A stretch of DNA of 24,000 nt from Candidatus Geothermarchaeales archaeon (lineage in GTDB: Archaea > Thermoproteota > Nitrososphaeria > Geothermarchaeales > JAUWBL01): positions 1-24,000 of the forward strand of contig JBHHXX010000009.1 of assembly GCA_046757245.1 (NCBI GenBank), given 5' to 3'. Positions within the stretch are counted from its first letter, which is position 1. Every line of letters begins with the position of its first letter. This document shows, one piece after another, positions 22,846 to 24,000 of this stretch. The translations under genes were made by a program, and so were the position numbers. The notes under the pieces are model-generated. The model was not told the origin of the DNA and made no database searches. It worked only from the letters and a program-made list of their open reading frames with translations.

Positions 22846-24000
22846 GGATGGATCAACCTTCAAGATCATAGCCTTCCCCCACGAGAGGGTCTACAAGGGT
22901 GACTATCTCCTCCTAGAGGATAAGGGGAACAACGTCTCCATCCTCGCCCAAGTTGTTGATGTAGGCTACGTGGAGACACCTGGACTCCTCGAGGAGCTCA
23001 TCAGGGAGGGCTTATTCAATGAAAACAATCAGGACATCGACCCATACAACGTCAGCGACACCACAAAGTTCCTAAGGGACACGAAACAGCTCCTATGCGT
23101 CGCACGAGGGCTAATAAACAACGGGGAGCTCTCGACAAGGATCTACGACCTACCCTCCAGGGCTGAGTCAACGATAAGGAGGGTGCCAACCTCGAGGGTT
23201 ATCGAGATGGCCACCCCGATCCGAGGAAGGAAGATTTGGTTGGGAACGGATAGGGATAAACTGAGAATAATGTTGAACGCTGAAGCCTTAGACGGCTCGC
23301 TAACCCTCATAACGGGTATGAAGGGGTCAGGGAAGTCTCATCTGGCCAAGCTCTTCCTCCTCGAGCTCTTGGAGGAGGGTGCACCCTTATTGGTCTTCGA
23401 CCTGAACGGGGAGTATGTATGCCTCGACACGGCTTTAGACGGTAAACCCACTGAAAACCGAGGGAAAATAGAGGTTTACTATCCCGGGGGAAACCTCTTC
23501 TTCACCCTGGATTATCTGGGGCTTGAATCGGTGTCAAAGGTTCTCACCAAGGTGTTGGGGCTCCCTGGCGTTTCAGCCGCCGTCTTCAACGAGATTTGGC
23601 CCCTGGCGCAGAATCTGGGCTCAGTCTCCCCTAGGCTCCTACTGGAAGTGGTGAATAGATCCGTGACGAACATGATGGTCAAGGACGCCCTCACCTCGAG
23701 GTTGATGACCCTGAGGAGCTGTGAGTTCATCACGGACGACGAGAGAAAGCTGGTACGGGTGGAGGACTTTATACGCCCTGGGGGATCGGCCTCGATCATC
23801 GTTCTGAGGGATATCCCGATCACATCGAGGAAGATATTGGTGGAGATGATTCTGAGCAAGTTGGTCTCGCTCCTCGAGTTGAACGAGTTGCCACCCCTCT
23901 TCCTCCTAGCCGAGGAGGCACACCTCTATGTTAGGCAGACCTACTGGGAGGATATAGTTACACGTATGAGGCACTTCGGCCTCTTCGTTGTGTTTATCAC
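22829..24000 (+). CDS. herA: HerA-like (DUF87, FtsK/HerA superfamily) ATPase. It is open to the right window edge and is NOT in the supplied ORF track.
   Basis: I translated it by hand from the ATG at 22829 in frame 2, and there is no stop through 24000 (390 codons). The N-terminal HAS-barrel-like region is MRIYGKDGSTFKIIAFPHERVYKGDYLLLEDKGNNVSILAQVVDVGY. Walker A is GMKGSGKS (23315-23338). The HerA-type Walker B is LFLLAEEAH (23897-23923). It overlaps the nurA stop by 17 nt. Confidence 0.8.
   Translation, partial: MRIYGKDGSTFKIIAFPHERVYKGDYLLLEDKGNNVSILAQVVDVGYVETPGLLEELIREGLFNENNQDIDPYNVSDTTKFLRDTKQLLCVARGLINNGELSTRIYDLPSRAESTIRRVPTSRVIEMATPIRGRKIWLGTDRDKLRIMLNAEALDGSLTLITGMKGSGKSHLAKLFLLELLEEGAPLLVFDLNGEYVCLDTALDGKPTENRGKIEVYYPGGNLFFTLDYLGLESVSKVLTKVLGLPGVSAAVFNEIWPLAQNLGSVSPRLLLEVVNRSVTNMMVKDALTSRLMTLRSCEFITDDERKLVRVEDFIRPGGSASIIVLRDIPITSRKILVEMILSKLVSLLELNELPPLFLLAEEAHLYVRQTYWEDIVTRMRHFGLFVVFI

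Noticed and set aside
23512-23859. 115-aa minus-strand ORF listed in the track
   Set aside because: It lies antisense within the long open HerA-like frame, which carries Walker A/B motifs. The plus-strand frame is the real gene.
1-24000. Search for CRISPR arrays, transposase/IS elements, integrases and rRNA/tRNA genes
   Set aside because: I saw no regularly spaced direct repeats, no DDE/tyrosine/serine recombinase-like ORFs, and no rRNA- or tRNA-like conserved segments by eye. Absence cannot be proven without tRNAscan, Infernal or minCED-type scans.

Overview
This is an archaeal chromosomal window. The evidence is a tRNA-splicing endonuclease (EndA), deoxyhypusine synthase, a NurA/HerA pair, and AT-rich TATA-like elements close to start codons. 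Composition is visibly mosaic. A GC-rich core at about 6.6-20.4 kb carries housekeeping and central-metabolism genes: a GcvH-like protein, LutA/LutB-like Fe-S oxidoreductases, glycerate 2-kinase, DUF364, glyoxylate/hydroxypyruvate reductase, a cyclophilin-like protein, deoxyhypusine synthase, NUDIX, CysRS and adenine deaminase. AT-rich accessory-looking segments interrupt this core.

Three regions stand out.

(1) 1-1400 holds a divergent AbrB/PIN toxin-antitoxin pair. It is bracketed by an imperfect 45-bp duplication of the 3' end of endA.

(2) 2.2-6.5 kb holds a secreted PEGA-domain protein and a ClC channel with CBS domains. Two inverted paralogs of an uncharacterised ACT-like protein flank them.

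(3) 18.9-24.0 kb holds a tight three-gene operon of unknown function, a PadR regulator, and a third member of a small paralog family (short beta-rich N-terminal module plus a winged helix). That third paralog is transcribed divergently from an overlapping nurA-herA nuclease/ATPase operon. The herA-like ORF runs off the window edge and is absent from the supplied ORF track.

Region (3) is my best candidate for an undescribed system. No rRNA, tRNA, CRISPR array, transposase or integrase could be supported.
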